A DNA stretch of 57,971 nucleotides, filler included, from Porpidia crustulata (taxonomy: Eukaryota): assembly GCA_964255105.1 (NCBI GenBank). It is 5 parts of 5 records of this genome, joined end to end, with 100 filler letters (N's around TTAATTAATTAA, not from the genome) between each part and the next. Parts side by side here need not be neighbours in the genome. Positions count along the whole stretch, not along the records: positions 34,862 to 46,366 come from CAXUWE010000648.1; positions 46,467 to 57,971 come from CAXUWE010000649.1; 3 more parts are not named here. One strand, 5' to 3'. Below the pieces are notes generated by a model. That model was not told the DNA's origin. It searched no databases and saw only the letters and a program-made list of their open reading frames with translations. The translations under genes were made by a program, and so were the position numbers. Positions 37,201 through 49,400 of the stretch are shown piece after piece. Within the stretch, counting starts at the first letter, position 1. Every line of letters begins with the position of its first letter.

Positions 37201-40200
37201 TCATCTGAAAGCCAAATTCTCCTTGTCTTCATTGTCATCATCCAACATCATGGCATAATCGTCCGCCGAAGCGAATGTTGGCAGATTCTTGATCCTTCGC
37301 CGCTTTTTAGTCCTTTTTTCATCCGGTACATCTAGCGGAGTCTGCCCTGTACCAAATTGCACTTCATCGACAAACGCCTTATCGAGGTCACTCGGGGCAT
37401 CATCATCGCTGCCGAGAAGGGCTTCATCGTCGTCTCCTAGTTCCATTGCCTCGGGGTCTATATCGCCCTCACCATCACTCTCCTTCTCTTCTGATTCATC
37501 CTGGCTAATTACTGGGTCAGCATCTCCCTCATCGTCGTCATCACCCATAGCAGAGTCCAAGTCTTCCATTCCGCTATCGCTCTGGTCGCTTCCTTCCAGC
37601 TCAGGTCTCGAATCTACGAGAGCCTTCCATATCTCATCTTCGTCCTCTTCTGCCTCACTTTCATCACCAGCCCCGCTCTTGCGTTCTGCTTTCTTCTTGC
37701 TCGCTCTGTCCTTGCCTTTCCCCGTTGTACTGAAATATTTGTGGAAGAATACCTCGTCTGCGTCTACCTTAGCGCCTTCTTTCCTCCAAAATGACTCCGA
37801 GTTGACAGTGTCCTTGTGACCATTTTCAGACCGCGCGGATATCAGAATACCACTCGTATCGCCTCCAGCCATTGGTTGCATGATAGAATTTCCGCGAGGT
37901 CCTCCAGTTGATTTTGCGTTTTTGTATACAAAGCGGTCGAGGAAATGAATAAGGGTATGTGACGATAAGTCAGGTTTAGGCGGCATTTTTTCGTGCCTTA
38001 GAAGCTTTGAAGCAAATAAGGCTACGGAAGGATGGAAATGCATGAGGAAGGGCGTCTGTAAGACTTTTTAGCGAGCTCTGACCAGACATTCCATTACTTA
38101 TGTTACCAATTCCCAAAGACAACTATTCTCGGCATTACTGTACTCTGGATCCCGCTTTCTACCGTCGTAGGTTCTTGAGCTTGGCTTTTTGGCAGCATCC
38201 CCGTTGCTCGTCTCGACTTCAGCTGGTGCCCTATGATCGTCGCCATCCTCTTGCACGTCTCTGAAATGTTCTTCCTCATCACTATCACCCTCCTCGGCCT
38301 GATCTAAGAACGTTCGAAGATTCGAAAATACGCCCTCAAGTTCTCTTAGCAGATACAGAGCACCACACGCAAACGCCGGCTGATGCATTGTCACTACCTG
38401 GAGTAGTCGCTTGGCAAACGCTTTGACTCGTTTGACATGGAGATCAGCCCTCAAAGCTCGGAAAAGAAGATTTAGATACAGGGCCTGCTTTGAAGATGTT
38501 AATAATCTGGGGTCGAGCAATGACTCGTACAGTGTTCGATAGAATCTGTCGGCCGAACCTCGACTTGAGCCGCGGAGTTGTTGAATTAGCATTAGCGCGT
38601 GAATACTTGTATTGAAGTTGGACGAATGAGTCACTCTAAAGAGCGTGTCCAAGTGTTTCTCAAACCTGCGGAAGATTAGTGTTTCATCAGTCTAAATGCT
38701 GATAACTGCTCACGATTCATCATCGGTGGGAATAAATGGTATTGCACGATTAACTCCAGTCAGGACTGCCGAGAGCATCTTTTCTCGCAGATCTTCGCCC
38801 ACAGTCGAAGACTTTTGCAGCGAAGCCTGTTTCTTCAGGGCTTTCTTTCCTGGAGCACTTCCTCCCTTCTGAACCTCCCCTTTCCTATTAATAATTACAG
38901 AATTTGCCCCTGAAGTAGCAGGAGTTGCTGATTCTGGTTGTTCTAAAAGCATGATGAACAGGCTGAAATAGATATGAAGAAGCTTTCGTACGACAGCATT
39001 TTCTTTGGAACTCAGAACTGTCTGGTTGAGAGTAATGATTGCGTAATACTGCGCATGTAGATTCTGACCAGGGCGGAAAAGTAGGTCTGATTCAATGGCC
39101 GCAATAATTGTCGATTTCATCAAAGGATGGCTGTTTTCGAGTTGGAGGATACTGTACGATGTCCTTGATGCAATCTTCTTATCGGAGTCGCCAAGCTTAT
39201 TGACGAGCAGACGAAGGAGATTTGCTTCTTGTTCAGGTTTCTCCTTTAGAAGCTGGCATACATAATCTACGGCTTTGACTCTGGCAAACACAACTTCGTC
39301 GTTACACCAAGTCTCGATGATCTTGAGAATGTCCAAATACACTGATTTGAGCCAATCCTCATATGCCCAGGAAATCAAGTGATATTCTTTAAGTGGCGTT
39401 GGGAGTGGATCATCCGATTTCCAATTCTGATTTACATTACCAAAGGCTGCAAATAGTCCTGGCTGGCTGGCGAAAACTCTTAATTTTCGATCCGAGGGTA
39501 ATAGAGCTCCAGGACCAAAGAGATCTTTTAGTGCTCCAAGTACTTCAACGGCTTGGCCTCTGCTACGCTTCCGTGCTAAACCTACCAGATTCTCCAGGGC
39601 CTTGACATTATGCACGGGAGACTCCTGTACTGACAGAGTCAAAGCAGAAATCTTATCGGAAAGAGTGCCTGATGACATAATTGTAGAATAGAATTGTTGT
39701 GCCGACACTGTAGATCCTCCATTTCGAGAGCCATAAAGAGTGTTGTCTTTCTCAAGAAGTACTTTGGCAAACTGATGGATTCGACTTATTAGATCCTGTG
39801 ACAGCGCGACACGGTCACTTGATATCGCAGGTAGCTCAGGTAGCACAGCGGCGTGCCATTCTGATTGGGGTTCGAAATGCTGGAGAAATATTAGTTATAC
39901 AGATGCATGAACTGGAAATTACAAACAGTCGTATTGAAAGGGCAATACCAAATGGGACGAGCTTTTGGCGGCAGTCCTTGCCGGTAGACTCATTGATCGG
40001 CCATCATTGCCTGTGTTTGTCGTGGGAATTTCACGAGATGTAGTAATATGTTTGCCATTTGTAAAGCGCTCACTAAGCTCCAAGCTGAGATCTTTTTCCT
40101 CCGCTTCCGCTTGTGCCTTTGGTATACCAATCTCCCTCACGAGCCGGGCCAGGTTCTTCTGAAGATCGCTCCGCAAGGTCTTGGCCTCGCCAAAATCCGT

Positions 40201-40689
40201 AGCTTCTATCTCAGAGTCCGAAGGAGCTTCCGCAATCAATTCATAGTCATCCTTGGAACCCCCAAGCGCAAGAATTTCTTCTTCAATTTTAAAGCTCCCT
40301 TTACGTATTTTGTTCCCCTTCACCCCCAGGACAGTACTATTGCTCTCACTCTTGCTGTTGGAGGGCGCTTTGGTCGTGCTATCCCGAAATCTCTTCTCCC
40401 TCTGTTGTGGCTTCGGTAGATAAGAAGTGCGATCTTTGATCGACTCGGCCTTGCCATTCTTACGTTCCTCACGAGCTTTAGACACTTTGGCAGGAAGCTT
40501 TTCTGACTGTACGACATCCTTCTTTAGCTTTCGTTCCTTGCGGGGCCTGGTCGCCGAAAATTTGTGTGTCTTTTCAATTGAAGCTTTCTGGAGGTTGATT
40601 TGAATCTTTTCTGTCAAGCTGAGAAGAGCATCTGGTTTCAGATTTGACAGCTCATTCTCCAGGTGCACCCCGTTTACTACATCAGGCAT
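37201..40689 (-). CDS. MAK21: 60S ribosome biogenesis protein Mak21/Noc1 (CBF domain), 4 exons
   Basis: SGTLSDKISALTL, KPEQEANLLRLLVNKLGD, LFRVTHSSNFNTSI, YDGRKRDP, HFHPSV, LPTFASADDYA; start codon approximate. Confidence 0.94.
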
Positions 40690-41496
40690 AGCTCTCAAAG
40701 CTGTGGGTTAATGGCGCCAACAAGCCCGGAGAATAATTATCCAAGTCGCGAGCTATGTGTCGGAAGTGGATAGGCGAGACTGGGGATGATCCACAGCACC
40801 ATTACCCGGCTTTCGTCCACAGTATATTAAGCCAAGCATCTCCGCCTCTCTTTCGTCTTTAGCTCTCTTTGCCTTTTGGCTTAGGTACGTCCAGTTTTGT
40901 GCTGATCAGACGTCTTCACATTTGTGCTAATTGTTTTACAGATCAAGTGTAGTATCTGTTCTTTTCAGTTTAATCTCTGAAATTCTTCTACGGAAGATTC
41001 TTTTGATTAAATTTATTTTTGTACCTAGCTTTGGGTCCTCTGGGCTTGCTCATGATCCATCGCACCGTGTCATTGGCCTTACACTGCCGCCAATTGACGC
41101 GAACCTTTTCATCAACTGCCACAGCTTGTCTGCGGCATTGAAGAAGAGCGGATTATACTCTGCGGAAGACTGCTGGGCAAACAGTCGAGGTGCTGTGGTG
41201 TGGAGTGATCTTGATTAGATTCTCAAAATTTAACACATGAGAAAACAGGTAGCACTATACTTTGGTATCACGAGAGGCTGCCATGTCGCTACATACATGC
41301 AGATTATATTGGTGACGCCCACATTCGTCCTGTAGATCTAGTGCTTGTAGCTACCTGAAGTCGCAAAACGCTTTCAGGAACGAGCTATTAACAACAACGC
41401 CCGAGGTGGACAGACGGCTTAATCAGACAACCACAAGCTTTGAAGTCTCAAATAAGTTCCCGGCCTCCGTGATAACCTGTACAGCCGCTCTTCAGC

Positions 41497-42926
41497 ATGT
41501 CGAAAGTACCAAAATATCTACTGGTCTCCCTGCCCACGTCCATATCCCCTAGTCACCATGCCGATGAAGCCCTCACAACCCTCCGATCTGCGGTGGCAAC
41601 GGACAATGGCACGGTCTATCCTTTTCCCATACCTGAATTTAAAGTCGGAACTCTTGAAGCTCTAGTGCAGCAGGCAGATGAGTTGGGTAAGCTGGAAGCG
41701 GGGTGTGAGGCCGTGGTGGGGAAAGTTGGCGATTCATTGAGGACTATCTTGGAAAGAGACGATGAGAAAGTAGCCCAGCAGAAGACGGTCAACGACAGTG
41801 AGCCTATAATTCAGCTCTTGTTGAGAACTCAACGCTAATGTTTGCGTAGAGCCAGCGGAGCAGTACCTCAGAATGTTCCATTGGAACAAGGTCAAATACA
41901 GGGTGGACAAACCCTTAGCTGAGATGATTGGCACCCTACAAAAAGTAAACAATTTACTGGAAGCTCGTAGAGATATATTAATAGAGTCATGTCCAGGAGA
42001 TTTCGAGTATCGACAACGACGTCAAGAACAAGTACAACCAATACAATCAAATCAAAACCAATCTGACTACGCTCCAGCGGCGGCAAACGTACAGCTCCAT
42101 TCTCCAAATCGTTAAAATCGTACCAGCTAACCCTCCCATCACCACAGTGGGAACCTTTCCAACAAATCTCTTACGAGCATCGTGACCCCTTCTCTCCTAA
42201 TACGCGACTCCGACTACCTCGAGACCCATCTAATTGCCGTACCTAATGGTATCACCAAGGACTTTCTGAAAACTTACGAAACACTCTCGCCGATGACAGT
42301 TCCGCGCTCCGGCACCCAGATTGCTCAAGATGATGAGTTCACCCTATACGCCGTCACAACCTTCAAGAAGCATGGTCAGGAATTCATCTATAAGTGCAGA
42401 GAGTCGAAGTGGACGCCTAGAGATTTTAAATTTCAGGAGGGCGGGAAGGAGGAAGAGCAAAAAGAGTTAGAAAAAGTAGGAAAGGAGGAACAAAAAGTGT
42501 GGAACGAGGCTTTGAGGTTAGGAAGAACAGCTTGGGGAGAGGCTGTGATGGCTTGGATACATGTGCTAGCGCTCAGAGTGTTTGTGGAGACTGTATTACG
42601 ACATGGTTTGCCGCCGGATTTTGTTTGTGGGATTGTAATGGTATGTCTACTTCTCCGGATTTCCATCGAGTCGTTCATCTTTCGTTAATTGAGATCTTGC
42701 TGATGGATTTTGCAAACGACAGACTACGCCTAAGCTTATGAAGAGAGTCCGGAACTCTCTCGATGCGTCCTACTCATACCTTGCGGGGAACGCGTTTGGC
42801 CGAGACAAGAAGGGTAGAATTACCAAAGATGATTCTTCGACATCGGCAGATATGCAGGCAGCTGGACATATGGGAGACGGTGGGGATTACTCGGCATATG
42901 TGTGCTATGAATTCGAAATCAAGTAG
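41497..42926 (+). CDS. VMA5: V-type ATPase subunit C, 5 exons
   Basis: FPIPEFKVGTLEALVQQADEL, FHWNKVKY, SDYLETHLIAVP, WIHVLALRVFVETVLRHGLP. Confidence 0.95.
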
Positions 42927-43044
42927 GATAGATTGTAGTATAGTATCACGATCATCATTGACATGTGTAAATTCCTCCTTCGAACTTCTTTATCAATGCT
43001 ACGCTACTGCGATTACACCCAATCCCATCACCATCGACATTCCG

Positions 43045-43793
43045 CTATGCAGCCTTCGCTTTCCCTACCAATCCTCGCTCCTCAAGTACCGCAACAATCT
43101 GCCTCACTGCCTCCTCCACCCCGGTCTCCCCGCTCTTCACCACTATCTCTGCCTTGTCGGGTTCCTCATACGGTGCGCTCACTCCTGTAAATTCCTTGAT
43201 TTCCCCCGCTCGCGCCTTCTTATACAACCCTTTCGGATCTCGAGCTTCGGCGACTTCGAGTAGAACGTGGATATAGATTTCTATGAATGGGATGTTACGG
43301 TCCTCGTGTATTTTGCGGGCGAGCGCGCGATCGGACCGATACGGCGAGATGAACGAAGCCAAGGTGACGGCGCAGGAGTCGGAGAAGAGCAGCGCGACCT
43401 GTCGCGCGAAAGCGACTTTTAGCGTATAAGTTCAATATTGCGTCCAAGGCAAGAGCTACCACCCACTCACCTCTGCGATGCGCCTGATATTCTCCCCTCG
43501 ATCTTTCTCACTAAACCCCAAGTCCTTATTCAAGCCGAAGCGTACATTATCCCCATCGAGGCGGTACGCAGCAAGGCCGAGGTGAAGGAGATGCTGCTCA
43601 AGGGCTACGGCAATGGTGGATTTACCGCTGGCGGACAGGCCGGTGAACCAGAGGGTGAGGCCTTTTTGGCCGCGCAGGGCGCTGCGTTCGTCGTGGGTGA
43701 GGCCGTGGTGCCATGTTATGTTCCTGGAGGGGAGGGATTCAGTGGGGTGAAGATCGGAGGAGAGGAGGGGAAGAGGCGCACCTACGTGGCCAT
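43045..43793 (-). CDS. MET14: Adenylylsulfate (APS) kinase, 3 exons
   Basis: [65 protein letters not shown]. Confidence 0.96.
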
Positions 43794-45154
43794 TGCGATT
43801 CGGGATTCTGTGGTGTTTGGGAAGGATTTCAATGTCGGGACAAAACGGGAAGTGCAGGAGGCTTGATCGGCTATCAAATGTTCAGATTACCGAACCTAAG
43901 CCCCCTTCAACGTCAGGTCCTAACAGAATGATATCTGAGCAGCAACTTCCCAGATTAATTCGTTGGAATTAGCGAGAAACGATTACAAGATACTTCAGCT
44001 GTGTGACCCGACTAACTCCAGATCCGCAATCGAGCGTCACTGAACACAAGATTGATGACCCGGCGGCTGGCTGCGCCGATTTGATGTCTGACAGCATCCT
44101 AAGACTGATCTGGACTGAGCTTTGTTGAGCTGCGTCCGATACAGGTAATTGGATCCCGATGCAGTGGACTATGCTGTTCCAATTGAATGGCACTTCGACA
44201 TGAGTCTGAAACAGCAATGATATAACCTTTTGATATCGCTACTTACTCAACAGCGAGAACCCTAGAATGTGCTCCCCACCCTCTTCCATACTCCTGTTGC
44301 TATTCGTCTGTTTGCTGCATCTCGTTAAAATCGACGCCGAACGCTATGCAGTCGTTGAGAGTGGGTGGCTCGTTGCTGGTGCCCGTTGCCGTTGGAACAG
44401 TCGGTCACGCCTGGGAGATCAGTAATGCTTGACTGATCCATATCGTCTGCATGGAAGTCTTTCAGCTTTACAGCGTATGTCAGTATTTGAGAAGCACGAC
44501 AGGCAGATTCTGAAGAGCAAGTTGAGCGTGAGATCGTGTCACAGCTGGACAATGCTGATATATAAAGATGAATATTATTAATATGATGTGATTGCGATAA
44601 TCTTTGTGCTCGTCAGGAGCATTGGCTTATTTAATTCCGATTCATGTAATTCTGCTGCAATATCTCCTTCTCGACGTACAAGTCTCTCGGCGTTCTTGGT
44701 CAAAGACATTTAAATATCTTGTCATATCAAAGAGTCTACTTTCAGCATTGTAAGAAGTTCAAGCTGAAACCGCATACAACGTGTGGACGATGTGCTCTTC
44801 AGTAGAGCTACGGAGAAGAATATGTTCTGCAGTCCGTGTTTGAATATTATTCATTAGCATCTCCTACTACAGTGGCGGCTTCTGCTAAGAGAAGTGAGCG
44901 GTTTCCTCAAGATCTGCATTCGAAGGTCGCAATGCCATCAGGTTCTGGTGCGCACGCTTCTTGTTCAGATAAAGCTGTGACTGATATGATAACACAAATA
45001 GATAAAAGTGGTCTGAATATTCACTTTGTATTCCTAAGTCATCACGTTCACTCGGCACTGAGTCTGAAAGTGTTGAGCATGAGGCGTATTTGACGATCAA
45101 CATCATATACATTATGAGGTTTGCGTTATATATATATTCCTTGCTTTATTTCAG

Positions 45155-46366
45155 ACTATCCTACGCTCTTTATAAAGAGCAGTTCATCAAGGATAATTCT
45201 CGACTATGGCTTGGATTTCCTGGAACGAATGGCTGGTCGAGAAGATTGCAGGACAAGGTAAGGACCTCCTATGTTGATCAAGGCGCCTTGTACTGACTAT
45301 AATAAGGACTCTCTAACAGGTATAGAGAGAACGTTCTCAGTAGAGACTTCGAAAGGCAGATGAGACAGAAACTCTTGTCTGCGGAGCCATCCGAAGTCGC
45401 GATTGGGTCTCTAGGTCTGAAGCAAATAGCTTCAGCAGAGCATATATCAAGCGCTTCTACACAGCCCAAGAAGATATCAGGCTTCCAACGCCCTCATTAT
45501 CTGATGGTACTACCTAGCGGCAGGAGCTCGGAACAACCGAGCAAATCTCCTATCTCCAGCCCTGGATCTTCGAACCGTCTCAGCACATCTTCCGGTACCA
45601 AATCCATCGGATCATCGCAAACATCCCTAGATTCGCCTGCTGGGACATCTTTGGAGAATGCGGTATGTCGGCGGATTGGTTCCTGGGACACCTCGGTGTT
45701 ACCATTTCCAATATCGCGTCCGACGCAATGGATCCTTCGCCCAGCCAACTGTCAGCCGCGACTCTCATCTTACTGGCCTGAAGATCAACAAACTCGAGGT
45801 GCCAAAGAAAACAATCGAAGATGGCTGACTCACATTGGCACTCCATGGGAAGGCTACTGCTTCAACGAGACGACCTTCAAGTACGAAAAAGTACCCAAGG
45901 ACATGGCCTCTTGCCCTATGGATACTCGAAAGTCCAAAAACGGCGTTTCCTGGGATACTATCGGTGGCGACCGCTACAAATGTTACAAGCACTTGGACAA
46001 ATCGAGTAAAATGAAACACATTCTCGAGAAGATGAGTGACATAGCGGATATCTGCGGCTCAGTTGGACTAGATCTCGAACTCTACGGCTTCGACGGCATC
46101 ACCTACCATGATCTCCTTTGCATGAAATACACGGAGGCGACGAAGAAGATCTACCGGACGCCCTCGGTGGAGATCTCGCCTAACGGCATGCGCATTGTCC
46201 GTGGCTTCGGCGGCCCCTTGGACCTCAACAAGACCGAACAAGCCCACGGCTTACTCGTCGCCCACCCCTACTCCGCCATCGACTTACCCTTCCGCCCCAC
46301 CGTAACTGCCGTCCACGCTCACCATAGAATACCCGACGGCACGACCCCCACAATTATCCTCTCCGC
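45155..46366 (+). CDS. Uncharacterised protein; start uncertain, truncated at contig end
   Basis: Open frame of more than 330 codons; canonical intron GTAAGG..CTAACAG (45258-45319) joins an upstream exon in frame; C-ending codon bias in the 3' part. Confidence 0.6.
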
Positions 46367-46466
46367 NNNNNNNNNNNNNNNNNNNNNNNNNNNNNNNNNN
46401 NNNNNNNNNNTTAATTAATTAANNNNNNNNNNNNNNNNNNNNNNNNNNNNNNNNNNNNNNNNNNNN
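46367..46466. other. Artificial contig linker N44-TTAATTAATTAA-N44
   Basis: Same spacer. Confidence 0.98.
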
Positions 46467-49400
46467 GCGGTAGATGGTGAGGTTTTCGGTGGGAGGAAGG
46501 GGGTGAGCGGTAGAGCGGCTGGTGGGGAGAGGCTCGGGTTGGTGGGGATAGGTGGTGGGAAGCTGGCGATCGCTGCTGCGGGATTTATCGCGGGATTTGC
46601 TGCGGGCGAAGATTGAGGTTCTTGGCGTCTTGGGATCGGTTGTCGTGGAGGGTCTTTGGGGGATCCATGAGGATGCTCTTTTGGGGGGTGGCGTCGCTGC
46701 GACGGGGGATGTGGTTCGTTGGCGCAAAGTGGCGTCCTGGACGTACGCGGGAGGCTCTGGAGCCCGGGCTGGCGAATGTGCGGGAGGTATAGGTGGCATG
46801 GCTTGCGAGAGTCTCTGAGCGGGAGGGCTTTCCCTGGCTGCAAAATCTTGGAAGTCTCTGGGATCAACCCGGCCTGGGGCGTAGTAGCCTTCAAGAGATG
46901 GTTGCACATTGGTATGATTTGGTGAGTAGTATTCACGGGTTCGATTTGTTGGAGCTGCCGATTGGTTGTAGGACGTGGATGACTGAGGCTGGGCAGAGAA
47001 AGGGGCCTGCTGTGCAGAAATCCGTGGCTGGACAGATTTAATTGTTGACTGCCGTCTACCGTCATTGGAGGAGCGACCAAAGAGGCTCTGAGTGCTGTTA
47101 GCGTCGAACAAAAATATTTTTTACTCTTCAGCTTACCCCCATGGCGGAGAATCTCTTTTTCTTGCCGCCATCTTGCTCTTGATGTTGATGGCCAGATGTC
47201 GATGCTCTTTGAAGTTTATTACGGGCTTTGCTGGACTCATCTCTCGAAGGGAACCCGTTGTTATTCTCTCGCGGTGCAGCTGCGACATTTTGACGCGGTC
47301 GCTCATCGCGTGCTACTGGTAATAATGGAACTGAATGATCTCGACTTTGATCATGATCATGCCCCTTTTGCCCGGTCAAAGAGCGGAGGAGGCTGACCCT
47401 TTTGGTCTTCTCCTGACTCACGGTAGGCAAATCAATTGGCGAGGTGACGGACTGCCTTTTTGGTCCATTTGGCGGCGTCCGAAGCTCTTTTGTAGGGCTG
47501 CTAGATGTCTTGAAGAACGAAGTTCCCTTTGAGTTACTCCTCGACCTGGATTTGTTGTCAGCAGGCTGAGCAGGTGGTGGACCGACCCCTTCCAATTGAT
47601 ATTCTGTAGCTTGCTGGCGTGGTATGACGGCATCTCCTCGATTCAGCTGCTCGGGATAGTAGTCCAGAGGCATGTCTGCGCCCCGAGTAGGTAGAGCGTT
47701 TTGTCTGTACGCAGGATGATCATTGATATCGGGATTTTTGAATAGACGTGATATCGACCGAGAACGGCGTTTAGAAGTAGACTGTTCGTCTCTATTGGGG
47801 GATTCCGTATCTGATTTCTTAAAGAGTCTCGAGAAAGATCGAGAACGTCGCTTTGGTGTAGATTCCTGAGAATCCTCTGGAAGGAAATCATGATCAGTGC
47901 CATAATGTACAGGCCCAGTTCGGCCACGCTGATTCGCCACCTCCTGAACCACCGAGCGTTGTGGTGAGACTGGCGAGGGCGAACGGTCTGGGCGTGTTTG
48001 GCCTGGAAGACTATCAATACTGGGAGCTCTGTACGAATTATGCCTCGAATGCTGTTCGGATTCATTGGGCGTGTTGTCCATAAAAGAGAACGGTCTTGGA
48101 GCTCCCTGGTAGAGGGCATTCTCGACTGCGGGTAGAGACTTGGGTGCTGTGTCTGCATAAAGTGGCCCATCTGGACTACGCTTTATATCTGGGTGATTCA
48201 CAGAGTTCTGCTCGCCAGGTTGCGTGATCGGAGCCTCGATTTGGCTGGTGATGCTGGAGTCTTCGTAATCCTTTGGAGCATGTGAGTAATTATAAGGGAT
48301 TTGATCTGATTCATTATCGACGGGTTTCTGTACTAGGTCTCGATTCTGCAAGGGTAAACCAGGTTGAGATGACTCATATGGAAGTCTGTGTTCATTCTTG
48401 GGATTGACGGCCAAATCCGCCGCACTTACGGCAGATCTTGGTCGTACAGGAAATTCGGGCTGAAAATGAGAGTTCTGTGCTCGACTCGTAGTCGAAAGTC
48501 CTGTTTGGCTGTTCTGATCCACGCTTGTGAAGTCTGCTTGCGTAGGCGTTTTGTTGCTACTATGGACCGATTGGGGACTACCTAGGCCAGCTGGAGTATT
48601 GCTGTAGGACTCTCGCCTCTTTATATCATGGAAAGGTCTGGGCGGAAATATCGATTGTAAGACGACATCTTCATTTTTTAACGTAGAAGCCGTGGGTGGA
48701 GCTTGAATTTCCGAGGGCTCAATGGCAGGCTCGTGTTCCGCCCCATTATTCCTCTTTGCTCTATCTCTACTCCATTCATCGTGCTGAGGTGGTGCCTCAC
48801 TGATATGGGTTGGCGAGACAAGGACCCAAGCTGATTGTGGGGTGTCGTGCGGTGTTGAGACGTACGGATCAAGCGGATGAGAGACCGACAGCGGTCGCTG
48901 GGGAGCCACCAGGTTTCGTGACTGGTCCGCAGAATCCTGACTGTCTGAATCTGTTGGAGCTTGACGAGACGAGGTAATGGGATCGTATTTATATTGTGGC
49001 TGAGATTGTGGCTGCATTCCTTGGGACATTGGGTCGTGGCTAGCCTGGCACAACACAAATATCAATCATTTCAACTTGGGACTTGTACAATTGAAAGTGA
49101 TTATATAAAATGGCGATGAATCGGCACTTGGCAGAGATTCTGGCGTTTGCTCTCAATCGCCTCATACAAGTACACGGTGCTGATCGCTGCGTAATAACAC
49201 GCCATCCTCCACGTTGGGAATACAACACTGTCGTGGCAAATTGCAATCCTCATCATATCAAATATAGGAACGATGAAGAGAAGAGAATGAAACAAGCAGT
49301 TATACCTTATCCGCACCACCACTACCCTTAAGCCTGTTCTTCCCTTTTGAGAACAACCCTTTCGCTGCAACGTTTGCCTTTCCTCCAAAGACACCAGCAG

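Noticed and set aside
40784..40905. Possible C/D snoRNA (GATGAT..CTGA) and an 18S-like word ATTAAGCCAAGCAT upstream of MAK21
   Set aside because: C box is imperfect, there is no terminal stem or convincing antisense guide, and the match is short enough to be chance
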